A stretch of 64,000 bases of DNA from Podospora anserina (Eukaryota). How positions within the stretch are numbered: position 1 is the first letter of the stretch; every line of letters begins with the position of its first letter. Below are positions 12,709 to 25,886 of the stretch, piece after piece. The notes beneath the pieces are model-generated. The model saw nothing but the letters and a program-made list of their open reading frames with translations. It was not told the origin of the DNA and ran no database searches. The DNA is taken from positions 1,798,001 to 1,862,000 of the forward strand of contig CM030333.1 in NCBI GenBank assembly GCA_017654855.1, given 5' to 3'. A program made the translations under genes and the position numbers.

Positions 12709-14505
12709 ATGAGCACCCTCCCCGCGGATCCATGGAAGACTCTCGGTGTCGAGAAGACTGCAGACAAGTCTGAGATTCGATCTGCTTACAAGAAGCTTGT
12801 GCTCAAGTGCCACCCTGACAAGGTCCAAGACCCCGAGCTTAAGGCTCTGAAGCAGGAGGAATTCACAAAGGTACAACAAGCCTGGGAGCTGCTCAGCAAT
12901 GATGTCGAGCTTGCCAAGTATGAGGAGCAGCTCAAGCTCGCTGAGCTCAAGGCAAAGGCCCAGGCCGCCATGAAGAACGCTGCGAATACGTCTGTTCCCC
13001 GCACAACATCCACCAGGTACTACGACATTCGCACTGCCGAACCACCATCAAAGTACAAGAGCCACAGTACTTCGTCTCCCTCGACCGGGAAGGTGTACAC
13101 CCATTATGCGTCACCCCACACCCGGTCGCACGAGGAGGTTCCTGCATCTCGTACTTACGCCATCTATGAGGACGGCGAGAAGACTGCCCGTCGCACTGCC
13201 AGCTATGAGAAGCCATCAAAGCGTGATGACGAGAAGCTGGAAGACATCAAGAGGAGAGAGAAGGAAGAGCTCCGTCGATTCAAGGAGAAGGAGGAGGAGA
13301 GGAAAAAGGAGAGGTTGATCGCCAAGGAACGTGAGAAGGAGCTGGAGCGTCAGGAAAAGGAAAGAGAAAGGGAGCGTGAGAAGGAGAGGGAGGCCCGTAG
13401 GGCTGAGAAGAAGAGAATTGAGCGTCTTGAGAAGGAGCGGGAGAAGGAGCGTCGCCGTGATGCCGAGGAGAAGACTCGCCGACACAAGCCTTACGTAGAA
13501 ACGTACCCCGAGTTTGCCGAGCAACCTTGGGCGGAAGACGAGATCTATATGACGTCTCGGTCGGATAAGAAGAAGTCTTCATCGAGCAGCAAGAAGTACG
13601 ATGACCCGATTCTTCGCGAGCGGGAACGGGAGAGGGAACGTGAGCGTGATCGTGAGCGCGAACGTGAGCGGGACAAGTCAAGCTCACGCCGGGCCAAGTC
13701 TCCTCATGCTGCGGCGATGGAGGTCCCCGAGAGGAAACACATCGACCACTTTGCAGAGGCTGCCAGCTACATTGCCCGTGCCGGTGGTTCTGCTCCCAAG
13801 GAGACCGCTTTCTGGAAGTCGCAAACGCCTCCTGATCATATTCTCGAAATTCCTGTCGCGCCCACACCACCTCCCGCAGACCCAGAAGAGGAGTCGATCA
13901 TGCGGGCCGCCAGGCGTGCAGCTCGCCGTCCTTCACATGAGGCTTCCAAATCCAAGGAGAAGCTGAAGTACGATCTTGATGCTTCTCCTGCCAAGTCTCG
14001 TCCGATTCCTAATCTTACCAAGTCGTACACCACTCCTCCTGTTTCTGCCGAGTCCCCTCCTCGCGTCAGCCGGACCAACACGACGCCACATGATTACGAG
14101 CGCAGCGCAGCACGCGGAGAGCGGATTGTTCCTATTCCTTCTCTTATGCGCAGCACGACTTGGGCTCCAGGTGCTGCTGCTGCCCGATCAGACCCGTATG
14201 ACGATTATTACGAATCAGACGAAGATCGAGAGCGCAGACATCGCCGCCGCCGTAACAGATCTCCCGAAGCCATCCACTACAAGGTTGAGGGCGGCAAGAC
14301 CTCGAAGATGGGTTACGGGTACGGCGAGTCTCCCACGTCTCGGAGGTACGCAGACGATGGATGGAGTCCTCATTCTCCTTCGGCCGCGTATGCCCAGACG
14401 GCTTTCAAGGTCAAAGAGGGCAAGTCGTATGGCTTGAATGACATCAAGTACGCGGAATACACCTACACACAAGCTGACCCGTACGGTGCTGCTGTGGCAT
14501 CATGA
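12709..14505 (+). CDS. J-domain (DnaJ/Hsp40 class C) protein with RE/KE-rich coiled coil and disordered C-terminus
   Basis: N-terminal DPWKTLGV...IRSAYKKLVLKCHPDK...F.KVQQAWELLS J-domain with intact HPD motif; single 598-aa ORF. Confidence 0.92.
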   Translation: MSTLPADPWKTLGVEKTADKSEIRSAYKKLVLKCHPDKVQDPELKALKQEEFTKVQQAWELLSNDVELAKYEEQLKLAELKAKAQAAMKNAANTSVPRTTSTRYYDIRTAEPPSKYKSHSTSSPSTGKVYTHYASPHTRSHEEVPASRTYAIYEDGEKTARRTASYEKPSKRDDEKLEDIKRREKEELRRFKEKEEERKKERLIAKEREKELERQEKEREREREKEREARRAEKKRIERLEKEREKERRRDAEEKTRRHKPYVETYPEFAEQPWAEDEIYMTSRSDKKKSSSSSKKYDDPILRERERERERERDRERERERDKSSSRRAKSPHAAAMEVPERKHIDHFAEAASYIARAGGSAPKETAFWKSQTPPDHILEIPVAPTPPPADPEEESIMRAARRAARRPSHEASKSKEKLKYDLDASPAKSRPIPNLTKSYTTPPVSAESPPRVSRTNTTPHDYERSAARGERIVPIPSLMRSTTWAPGAAAARSDPYDDYYESDEDRERRHRRRRNRSPEAIHYKVEGGKTSKMGYGYGESPTSRRYADDGWSPHSPSAAYAQTAFKVKEGKSYGLNDIKYAEYTYTQADPYGAAVAS

Positions 14506-15420
14506 AAGTAATGCCGCGGACCGGTCGTCGCTTTATTGCCATCGCCGGGCAGGGAGTCGAGCTGGCATCAAATGCCACCATCGAACCATTCGACAGCTGG
14601 CTGAGACTGCCTCGACTACCTCTCTGCGCCTCTCCCTGATGTACTCTCGGCAAACCATTTCTAATTCTTAATGAGCGACGGGACCTAACATTTTTGCTCT
14701 TATGCGAGCATTGAGCATTTGCAAAGGTAGTTTTTTCTTTCCTTTTTTGGGGCAGGAGTTTTGGGCATAGGATTTCAACCTGGGCTATGGATGTGGACTC
14801 GGATCTATTTTCCTCTGATGGTTTTCATATCTACTCTTTTTGGATATCTTTTGACATGGACGAAATATTTCATGAAGGAAAAGAAAAAGAAGCAGTAACG
14901 AAGCCAGCTCATGTGTTTTTCTCTATTTCTTTCACATTTTTCCTCTATTCCATCAAGTTATGAATAGATTGGTTATGGGATGATGAGGAAATGGAATTCA
15001 TGCGAGGAGAGAGAATGATGGAGACCGCCATTGGGAGGAATGGGAAGGGAATTTTGGATATGGCATTGCATGAGGCGAAAGGGTCAGTCAGTCAGTCAAG
15101 TTGAAGTCTGGGGTCACGTCAACACCTCGCGTCGCTAGGGTCTTGAAAACAGGCTCTAGCTGACACTGATGAACCGCCGCATGACTTACTGGCTGGGCTG
15201 GCTGCCTACCCACCGAGGCATGAATGGAGTTGGGATATGATGACGAGACGAAGCATTGACGAGCGAGCAAAGCGGTTGGGTGTGGGTTGGGCTTTTTTTT
15301 TCTTTTTCCTTTTTTTTGATGACATTTTTTTTCTTTTCTTCATCATCATGTATCTATGACATACCAAACGCTGCGAGCCTTTTTGTTTCTGACAACAAAA
15401 ACGCAACGCAAATACGCACG

Positions 15421-15440
15421 CACACACACACACACACACA
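15421..15440. repeat. (CA)10 microsatellite
   Basis: Read directly; lies between convergent 3' ends. Confidence 0.9.
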
Positions 15441-16219
15441 AACAAATCAACAACAGTGCTGTCACGCATCATCATCAAATTCGCATTCGCAGTTACCGTC
15501 AATTCTGGGCAACGTTTTACGAATCTACAAGAACGGCATGTGTGTGAATTGGTTGGATGACGGGATGGGGGCTCTGTTGGGAGTAGGGGAGCATGGGGGG
15601 TGGCTGAGGTATTTGGGGAAGGAGCTTGGGTTGGATTAGGTTGATGGGGTTAAAGGTGTTGGTGGTAGTGGGAGCTTGCCGGCTGGGCGAGTGTGGCTAT
15701 GGCGGGTGGGTTGGTGGTGGTGACACGCAACCTCTTCTTTTGGAGGAGAGGGTTTTTATATGGTATTTGGTCAACTACCAAGACTTGCACTTGGGAATTG
15801 ACCATGTCTCGTTGAGGAAACGGGATGCTGGGAGGAAAGAATCTTTTTGGGACCCTTTTTTCTTCTTTTTCATTTTATTCATGACTCTTATGACAATTTG
15901 CAAGCAGCAAGCTAGTTTGATGAAATAACAAGAACGAACCTGAGACTTTTTATGACTGAGTAATATCCGATGGCCGCTCGCAAAAAAAAACAGATGGGTA
16001 TTGTTATTGTGTAGTGTAGTAGTGTACATGTAAGTGACAGTAGATGCCAGGTAGGATGATTGTTATTATCTTCAAGGTGGGCAGGTGAGCAAACACTATC
16101 CCTCTTTATGTTTGTATGCCCCCTGTTCTCCTACTCTCTTATCGCTACAAACGCCCTATCCAAGGCCCGTCTTGGTTTCTTCGCTTTCGTCGGTCCAAAC
16201 GGTTGTAAGTGTTTCGGTA

Positions 16220-18060
16220 TCATACCAGCACATAGAGCGAGCAAATCTACCACCCATATTAGCGCCGCCCTCTCTCCTCTTTCTCAGAATAGGACTTACC
16301 AGACTTAACCCCAAAATCATGCTACACCAAAAACAAACATTATTAAACGTCTCCCTCCCCCTCACCCACCTCGTCCTCTGCAGCACCACAAGCGGCAACT
16401 GCATCATCTGACACACAAACCCATACCCCCTCAGCTTCTTGGTGATACACCCCATCACAATCTCGTGGCCCACCGCGCTGATCAAGAACGTAATCACCGT
16501 CGCGTTCCCCTTGCCAATATACGGCCTGCTCGCGCTGTAGACGTGTCTCCTGAGGAACGAATAAACAGGCACGTTCCACTCCCTCGAGAACTCCATCCAG
16601 TCCGTGCTATTCCACCAGTCACTATAAAAATGCCTGTCCGCAAAATGCGTAATTTCCGCAAACGCCCCAAGAACATACTCGAAAATGACCAGAAACACGA
16701 GTAAAAAGGTGAGCATGAAGGGAAAAAGTAGCCAGGAGATGGTCTCGGACAGGATGAGGAGGATTTCGCTTGGCGAAGGGGGGGCAACAGTGTCGTTAAG
16801 CCGTAAAGAGGCGTCCGTCAAGGCGGGGAGGATGAACTCCTCTGAAATGATCGTCAGTAAGAAGATACACCCAAACGTGGCAGCGATTTTGCTGAGGAGG
16901 TTCTGCCAGTCGATCTTCTCCGTGCGGGGGTATTCGATCTCGTAGCAGAGGGTTGGGCAGCACAAGAAGTCGAGGTAGTTCCACCAGGTGAGGTTGGATG
17001 GGTAGGTGATGTTGCCTATCGGGCTGGTGAGCTCCCTGGCCAAGACTTCGCGAAGCTGGGCTAGCTCGTCGGATTCCTCGCTGGATTCGTGGTGGTGGTC
17101 TTTTTCGAGGAGTTGGTGCTGTTGAGCGCTGCCGTTTGCGCTTCGCGGGCTGGTGGCAACGGTGCCCATGGGGTTTTCGGGGGTTGGGTAGAGGTAGGCT
17201 GGGGCGCGGGAGGCGGTGGATGGGTCGTCGAGGTCGCGGAGACGTTTTTCGGTTTCGGAGAGATGGCCGTTGTAAAAGGCGTAGGAGTGCATCTTCATGA
17301 GCATGACCATGGTGTGGAGGATCAGGAAGACTTGGGCTGTCCAGGTCCAACCTAACAGAAAGGGCACGGCGATCCAGAGCGCCAGCCACAGGACTTGATA
17401 TATGCTCATGATGGCTGTTCCGCCTTTGGCCCAGGTCAGGGAGCTGCCGGCGGGCGCATCGCGGAAGAGCTTTTGTAAGGGGAGGGCGACGGCTGTGCTG
17501 GCGACCATGAGAAAATCAGCGATGGCGAGATGCCAGAGCTTGACAGTAAAAAGGCTCCATATTTGAACGCGCATTGGGTATCCGGTGTCCTTTACATTGC
17601 GCAACATGGTGGTGACGGCCATGATGGCCAGGCCGATCCAGAAGAGGTTGAAGAAGCCATGGAAGTCGCGGTAGTCGCTGTTGGGATCGAAGTGGGAAAC
17701 TCGACTGGCGAACTCGATGGTGGGGAAGAGACGTCGGCGTTGCTCTGCGCGAACCTGCTTACGGGCGGAAGAGAGCGCCTTGACGGACTGAGGAGCATCT
17801 GGGGGTACTGGTGTTGATCGGCCGCTATGAGGAGAGACGCTGTGGTTAGCCAGTTGCCACACAGCTATCGCAGCTCTGGCATTCGAATTGACTCACCTAG
17901 TGGTAGCCGTGGCGTGACCATTGGTATTTGGATCAAGAGCGCCGTTTGGCTCGGAAAGGTTACTGATGTGGGAGAGCTGGGTATGGACTGGTTTCCTGGG
18001 GCGCGGGCGCAAGATGCGATCGGGGCCTTCCGAGACATCGGCCGACGTGGTGGACGACAT
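16220..18060 (-). CDS. ARE2: Sterol O-acyltransferase (MBOAT, ARE1/ARE2 family); exons 18060-17897, 17824-16300, 16246-16220
   Basis: MKMHSYAFYNG, FYSDWWNS, REWNVPVYSFLRRHVY and SAVGHE (catalytic His) motifs plus multiple transmembrane segments. Introns 17896-17825 (GTGAGT..CTAAC..TAG) and 16299-16247 (GTAAGT..CTAAT..TAG) give the C-terminus ICSLYVLV*. Confidence 0.93.
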
Positions 18061-20841
18061 TGCTAGATACGAACCGTAAGTAGCACAACACGAGCGAAAA
18101 CTAGGACGGCACGTGTAGATCCAAAGGTTCGAGTGCGGTTCGGGTCCTCAAATTAAAGTTTCCACAAAAGCTTCAGGGGAACGCGCTTGTGGTGACGGTA
18201 TCAAAAGAACAGGGAACAACAGGCATTCGATGCTTGTCACCCTGACCCTACCAACGGAGGAAAACAAGAAATGAAGGTATCATGAGCCATGTCCAACTCG
18301 CAAACTCCCTTTTAGCAACCGTTGATACGCGTACAATTGGCCTCGAGAATAATTAGAGTGACCTTCCACTTTGCGACCAACAGTCTCGGATTGCTCGGCT
18401 GGCGTCAGCTTCAAGAACACTACGTCACTGACACGTGACTAGCAGGGGTCCAAGACATTCCAAGACATCCGTGAGAGTCTTTGATTCTCTCTTTCCGGTA
18501 CACTTCGAATCGCCGCCTCGCAAAGTCCCAAAATCCCAAATGCGGTGCTGCTTCGGAAGACGTGGGTCAGATCTGAGCCACGGCGTTGACGCGCCGCAAT
18601 ATATGTTTCCTCGAGATGCCTTGAGAGGCTGACGCTGATCGGGCGTTAGTGCGCTTTATCATGGCCCCTTGGGCTGCGCGGGACGAGCCGCTTCTCTCGA
18701 TTATTACAGACAAGTACGGACCAGATGGATAGAGAAAAAAGATACGGGCGACAGAAGCTTTCTGCCTAGTCGAACACCAAAAAAGCCACAAAGCAATTGG
18801 GTTTGCCTATTCTGTGCTATCCAAGACAAAAACGTCAACGGACACCCGGCTCGCCCGGATCTACGGCACCACCATGAGGCCCCAGTTACGTCAAACAAGC
18901 AGAAGCAGCTCCCGATGGCAGGTTCAAATAAAGAAAAGCCGGCAATCATGGAATGTTGAACCGAGTTACACCATTTTGGGGAAAGCCTTATGCGTGAGAT
19001 GTTGCTTCGGAACTCAAAACACAGGGCACTGAGGCTGTGTCCTTGTTGGCGACACTCCCCATTGCACCGGAATTTCTCGCCGGCATCATATGTGCCGCAG
19101 AAGTGAGTGGATGGGCTCACAGGTTGGGCTATGATACCGAGCGACTTTCATGGAGATCCTTTCTGTTCGTCCGACTCTGTGTGAGACTGGGGGACCAATA
19201 GATATCCAGAATTGACCATCGTGGTGTTGCGGGGCAAAGTCAGACGAGGGGTTGGGCTCTTGGTCATCCCTCCCCCACCACCTCCCCTCTATCTTTTTTC
19301 GATACACCACGGCCAATCTTCAGATCGATATCTCGTGTGGCGGTTGTCTGAACTCAACTGGCTTTTTGTTGCTTGTTATCTTTGCACCATAACAGAGATA
19401 GGCTGCTTACACTGCAGTCAACATCTGGTAAGGAAAAGGACAGGGTATCAGCCGAAGACAGAGCTGGTATCTCGGGAGTCAGAGATAAGATGAAAGCCTC
19501 ATCAGGGAAGCGATGCAACGAGAAAGATATTTTTGTCAGCCGCCTTCTAAGAACATTCCTAATTACAGCACCATGACGGCAAGTTTCTTTCTTGCGTCAA
19601 GTGTCTTGGCGATATCTTTGATCAAGATGGAAGAATGGCCTTGAAGGGTATCAACGGGACTTCTGTTCTTTGTCTCATCCGGCTTGTCAGGGTCCCATGA
19701 TGTTGACCGCCCACATGGCCGCGGTCCACTGATGAATTGCACTTGGTGAGACGGTTCGATCTCCTTCCTGTCTTGAGACGGTCACACAAGATAGAATCCC
19801 CCAAAGCGTTTTGGGCGATTTGCTGAGTGGCGGGCCCATTCATCGCCAAATGGACCTCGCCTCCGACCCGTGCCCCTGATTGTGAGTGTCATGGGTTCAA
19901 ATAACTAGCACTATCATAAAGGCGCTGGATTTCTTCCGAAATTCAACGTTACCTCGAGAGTCTCGACCCCGATCCCCGTCAACCTCACCTTCAACCTAAC
20001 CCTCAAAAAAACAAAAAACGAAATTGACAACCGGGACCAGCTGCCCGGCCAGGCAAGGTCGCAGCCCGCATCGTCACCAACCAAGGTACTAAAGATTACA
20101 AGTGGAGTTTGAGATCACGACCAGACTTTCTCTCCACGCCAGACGGGCATACAAACAGGTCACAAGCGCAAGGCTTGCGCACGCCCTGCGCAGCGCCTTT
20201 TCTCCCAACGCGCACAACAAGAGTGCTCTTGAAAAAAAAAAGGAGGACTTTTGGTCCGGGAGTCCGGACGAGGACCCGATATCAATCGATTTCTTCCCGA
20301 CACCAAGCAAACCTTGGACGGTTATCAGCAGTTCTCGTCGAACCACCACTCTCCCACTCTCCCACTGGGCCACAACTGCAGCAGCGCCTATCTCTGAGTG
20401 GCTTTCTGAGACCCAGTCGACCAGTCGGCCCACGACCACGCGCAGCAAGCAGCAGCAGGAGTAGCAGTACATCGCATCGCATCGCCTCGCCTCGCCGTGC
20501 CTCGCCGTCTCCCTCCCTCGCCGTCCAGGTCAGGTCCCTCTGTTCGTCCAGTGCAGGTCGCAGGTCCCGGTGCAGGCACCCTTGAGGCACCCTTGGCGGA
20601 TTGGGCGTCCGGGAGAAGCCAAGCAGAAGCCGCAGAACACCCCGGGCCCCACCCAGCCGCCCACACCCCAGTCTGGGTGTGCTGAGTGTGCCCACTAAAA
20701 GGTTGCCCTGGACGGTGTCACGCTCCGCGAAAGTGACTGCGAAAGTGTGAGTGTGAGAGTCTGGGGAGGGTCCCACGGTCCCCAACATCCCGCTGCGTCG
20801 GCCGAAGTTGCGCTGACTTCTGACCCGAAGCAAGCGCAGCC

Positions 20842-23244
20842 ATGGCTTCGCGGCCACCCCATCCAGATCCCATAAACCTCCCCCAATCTGCTCCGTCGGT
20901 GCTCGTATCCTCCGACAGACGTGACGACACCGATCCCCATCATGGCCGCCCCTACGAGCCTGCGGCTTCCATAGCTGCCGCCAGAGGCCGAGAGCAACAC
21001 GATTTCTTCGCCCCTACTACCTCTGCGCAACCCAAACCCGCGCCCGATTCGACCTCCCCTTACACAGAGACAGCAGCAGGTGTAACGCCGACCTCTGGTT
21101 CAGTCCCTCGGTTCTCTCTGAGTCCTGTGCAATTCCACGCCCACACTACAGCCCCATCGCCTCCCCCTCCGCTGCCGGCCCGGTCCGCTGCTCGTTCTCC
21201 GTCCTCCTCGACTCAGGACCCGTTCGCCCCCCCGAGTCACAGCTTTTCCTCCCAACGACCGGCCCACCTCGGCAGCAACGCCCTGCGGCTGCAAACCGAA
21301 CTTCGTCCCGGCTCTCCCCCGCATTCGAACTCCCACCACGGCTTCACGGCGCCCGCAAGGAACCCGAAGCCCTCGCCGAAACTCTCCTTGAGGCACATTC
21401 CTTCGGCCTCTTCCCTACGCTCGATCACGAGAACGCCCAGCTTCAAGGCCGGCAGCCTGTCCGGTGCCTTTGGTTCAGCCTCGGCTGCGAGCTCGACCGT
21501 GGCGAGTCCTGTCATTGCCGCGATGGGCGACGTTACTCCCTTGCCTTCCCCTCTGCTCTCGACACATTCTCCGGGACCATGGAAGCGCCATGCCAGCGAA
21601 GCCTCGGCCTTGCGGTCACCAGTCGACGATGGTCTCCCAGAAGCGATTCCAGAAGACCCCAAGACAGCAACCACCCCGACAAATGCAAAGTTCCGCGGGT
21701 ATGCGGCGCTCTCATCACAGCATGCGGCGGGGATATTGGCCGAGAATGCAGTGGCCGAAAGGCCTGGATACCTTGCGAAACCCAAATCACATACCAGGAA
21801 CAGGAGTATCAGCGATTACAAGCCAGATCCAATGTTGATACCTAAGCGGATGTCGACAGTTTCTGGATCGCGCGTGAAAGCTGACCATGCGAGCCTTTCC
21901 GAACCACATATGCGGCGGGAGCGTAACCTATCCGAAGCACGAGGTTTGACGCCCATCGAAAAGCCACCCACTCCACCTCCGAGCGAGTCCTCACTCAGTG
22001 CCACAGAATCATGCTCCTCGTCCAAGAGCTCGACGGCCTCCCTCACCAGCACCAGGAAGCACCCTCCACCAGAATACTTTGAAGCCTTTGGTAGGCATGA
22101 CTCGAAACGACGTCGGTGGAGGGCTATTGGGCAGCTGGGCCAGGGTACTTTCAGTCGGGTCATGCTCGCGACGAGCCAGACATCACCTGCCTCGGACGAC
22201 GAGGACATCTCCCCTAGCACCGTCCCAGTCACGCCAGATCTATCGGCACAGCACGAGCGGCGATCGCTCGTTGCGGTCAAGATCTGCGAGCATGGGGCTC
22301 TAGGCGGCGCCTCAGAAGAACGAATCGAGATGAGTCTCAAACGTGAACTAGAGGTTATGAAGTGTATCCGGCACCCATCTCTGGTGAACCTCAAGGCCTG
22401 GAGCATCGAATCGTCGCGGGCGATCCTTGTCCTCAGCTATTATCCCGGCGGTGACCTCTTCGATGTTGCCAGTAAACATCGGGACCTACTCAGCCCTCCG
22501 CTCTTGAGCCGCATGTTCGCAGAGTTGATAGGCGCTGTCAGCTATCTTCACGGCAAGAAGATTGTCCATAGAGATATAAAACTCGAGAGTGAGTGCTTCC
22601 CCCCGCCTCTACATCCTCGTACCTTTTGATTGCATCATGTAAATCTGACTTCGGTGTTAGACGTCTTGGTCAATCTCACGCCGGAGGAACTATGCGTGAA
22701 AGACGTGAACTGGGCGGCGTACCCATATCCCGTCATCACGCTTAGCGACCTCGGCCTCTCCCGACAAGTCGAGGATGACGAGGTGCTCACAACAAGATGC
22801 GGCTCAGATGATTACGCTGCGCCTGAAGTAATAATGGGCCAGCCCTACGACGGCCGCGCCACCGATGCGTGGTCACTGGGCGTGCTTCTCTACGCGTTGT
22901 TGGAAGGCAGGTTACCTTTTGACCCCCACCCCGGTGCTGGCGATTATGCCATGCAATTGCGGATGCGGAGTCGCACTAGTCACCGTATCGCCCGCATAGA
23001 ATGGCGGTGGATCGAGTACGGGGTCAAGGACGGTGAGGATGGAGAAGGGGACCACGAAGCGGACCTTGCCAAGTTTGATGCCAAGGGCTTGACCGGCGCC
23101 ATGGAGGTTGTAGAAGGACTTCTCAAACGCGCAAAGAGCCGTTGGTCTGTGGCCAAGGTGGCCGAAACCAAATGGGTGTCTGATGCCATCCAGGTCCCTG
23201 ACGGCATCAAGTTTAGAGAGGAAGAGGAAGGTGAGGAAGTTTAA
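20842..23244 (+). CDS. Ser/Thr protein kinase (PRR1-like, CAMK group) with long disordered N-terminus; exons 20842-22588, 22661-23244
   Basis: GQGTFSRV loop, VAVK, HRDIKLENVL across intron 22589-22660, SDLGLS, CGSDDYAAPE and DAWSLGVLLY motifs. Confidence 0.92.
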
Positions 23245-24313
23245 CAGCGTACTATACTATGATGGACGGTCCAGGCTGGGTGGGTGTTATCCGCACCCGG
23301 CCGGCACGAGGCATGAAACTCCTCTTGACCTCTCAAGCGGTTAGGTAGGGAAGAGGGAAAGGGAAATGCGGTATGGAGGTATAGGATTTGGCATGGGAAC
23401 CGAGTAATGAAAGCCAGGGAATCACATGCGGTCAATGGGAAGACGTAACAAAGGCTTCTTGGAGGGCAGATGCTGAAGAGGGGGATCACTCCTTTCTGAG
23501 ATTCTTGGGGTGTTTACAGTTTGTTGTGGGATAATTCCACGACGTCGGTGTTGTTTTTTTTTTTGCTTCTGCTCTTTTCTTCCAGCGTTGGAGGAAAACC
23601 ATGTTTTAAAAGAGAACAAAATTGAAAGACAAATTATGTGTGGTTTTCCGCTGTATGATGCACTGACAGCACAGTTATTGGAGTTTTTGGGTATTGTTGG
23701 GAAACAAGGGGGACAAAACAGATCTTGATATAGATCTTGGATTGGTTATCCTGAGCGATTCATGGCGCTGGGCTTGGTAGAGTTTAGCTACATTTATATA
23801 TCCTTGTCTGAAGAAGGCTCACAAGCTGCCGCTGTTTGTTGGCTGGAAGCAACAGAGTTTGAAGAAAAACACTGTACAATCATAGAGCTCCAATAAAAGA
23901 TGGAAAAAATAAAAGTCGAACCCATCTTGGATCAAGTGAACCGTACCATGGCGTATATGATTCGTTGATGTATGCAGAGAAATGACGTTCTTGCAATGGA
24001 CACAGGTATAAATCCCAACATAAAACACGAATAGGTTGCTCAGACTGCTTTAGGTGATTGCTTGTTCTATATCACTGTCAACGATCTAAGGACGCCAATA
24101 TATCTCCACGCTCAAGTCTATACCTCCTCCTGTTTATCCATAATCCAGTCTCGTGTGTGGCCTCCAACCCAGATGTGGTGTGGATTCCCACTTTCTTCCA
24201 ACACGCATGCGCGTACAACCATCCCCCAGAAAAGAAAAGCCTCTACCCCAGTCTCATATATCTGACCCTTCTCCTCTTTACATCTACCTTCTCTACCTCC
24301 CTCCATACCCTTT

Positions 24314-25162
24314 TCACCTCTTCTCCTCCCCCCAACTAACAAACCTCCTCACGTGCCACCCCTCCAACTCCCCACACGCCCTCCCAATCTCCTCCGTCAC
24401 CACATCCACATTCTCCATCTCACTAAAGATGTTAAAGTGATGACCCGGTATATCCACCACCTTGGTGATCAAGCCCTTTCTATACCCATCCCAACCCAAG
24501 TGCTTATCCTCCCGACAAACATCAACCCTGCTGACCGTCCCCTCCACCTCCCCAGGAACAGGCACCTTGTCCTTTGCCCTGAGAAGTATAACCGGAGGTG
24601 GTTTCCTTCCCTCCCAAGAAGGCAACTCCCACTCCCCCACCATTCTCGAGCTCTCAGAAAAACACCTCGTCACCTTCCTCTTCGTCTCCTCCTTCGTATG
24701 AGGCCCCCAGGCCGCCCCATTCCGGATGATCTTCAAAAACCCCTCACTCCCCCCTCTCCTCCAAGCCAAAGGACAGACAGAGTCAATCATGACTATCCCC
24801 AGCAGATTCAACCGGCTACCATCCCCCTCCTCCTTTGCCAGCTGAGACGCCACCTCCAGCGACAAGAGCCCTCCCAGTGACCAACCACCGATGATCAGGT
24901 TCCCCCTCGGGACGACAGACTTGATGTATTCGATGTAGAGGCTGGCCATCTCAGGAATCCCGCCGGGGAACGGCTCGCCGGAATCGTAATGGGGGTTGGA
25001 GATGCCGTGGAGGGGGCGGTCGAGCTCGTTGAGGCAGTAGTAGGAGAATATCGTGCCGCCTCCGTCGTGGATTAGCACCAGGGGGGTGGGGGGTTTGGAC
25101 CAGAGGGAGGACGACGGGGAGGAGGGGCCGGTTTGGATTAGGGAGGGGTTGTCGGGGAACAT
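24314..25162 (-). CDS. Stand-alone thioesterase (alpha/beta hydrolase, PKS/NRPS TE-like)
   Basis: LVLIHDGGGT, nucleophile elbow GGWSLGG, VMIDS and C-terminal PGHHFNIF (catalytic His); intronless 282 aa. Confidence 0.88.
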   Translation of the reverse strand: MFPDNPSLIQTGPSSPSSSLWSKPPTPLVLIHDGGGTIFSYYCLNELDRPLHGISNPHYDSGEPFPGGIPEMASLYIEYIKSVVPRGNLIIGGWSLGGLLSLEVASQLAKEEGDGSRLNLLGIVMIDSVCPLAWRRGGSEGFLKIIRNGAAWGPHTKEETKRKVTRCFSESSRMVGEWELPSWEGRKPPPVILLRAKDKVPVPGEVEGTVSRVDVCREDKHLGWDGYRKGLITKVVDIPGHHFNIFSEMENVDVVTEEIGRACGELEGWHVRRFVSWGEEKR

Positions 25163-25886
25163 CTTTTTTCCTTTCTTTCTTGATAAAACAAAAGAGTCAA
25201 AGTTTGATGGTTCCCACCGGATGTCGTTCCCTAGACCTCTTCAAAATTGCACAGCCCAAAGTCGGATGTTATGAATCGTGAGGAGTGCCAAAGACGTGAT
25301 CCTCACTTGGTGTGTGAAGCTTGGGATCGAAGTTGTATGTTGAGGTATTGCAAACGCTACACGCTTTGAAAACTCACTCTCTCACAATCTTTGAATCTAG
25401 TTTGAGAATCTCGTTTGAAAATCTCACTTCATTCCCAAGTCGTGATGCCGGTCCAAAAAGCATGTCTGAGTAACGTCGGAATGCCTGCTGGCTGTGCCAG
25501 GATTATGTTCGTCAGCCCCGCCTTAATGCTGAGCTCATGCAAGTGTGGGTTGCAGTTTGGCCTCAAACCGGACATGATCGATATTGGAGCATTGTTTCGG
25601 CGGGATTCTGCCTGTCTTATCAAGAGATTACTCAGGGTTAGGGCTGGGTATACATCACCCCCTGAAATCACCGAACTATCCTCACTTGATTCACGTATCT
25701 TCATTGCACACATGTGTAAGTGAACGGGTACGGAAAGGCCAGTGCTTCGTAAAGGAGGACACAAAGAGAGGTTCTATAATACGAAACAATAAGGGTTTCA
25801 AAGCACACAGTGTGCTAATAATTACAAAGCTATCTATCAACGGCTTCTAAAGCCGAGATCTGAAAATCGCAAATGTGAAGCCCATT

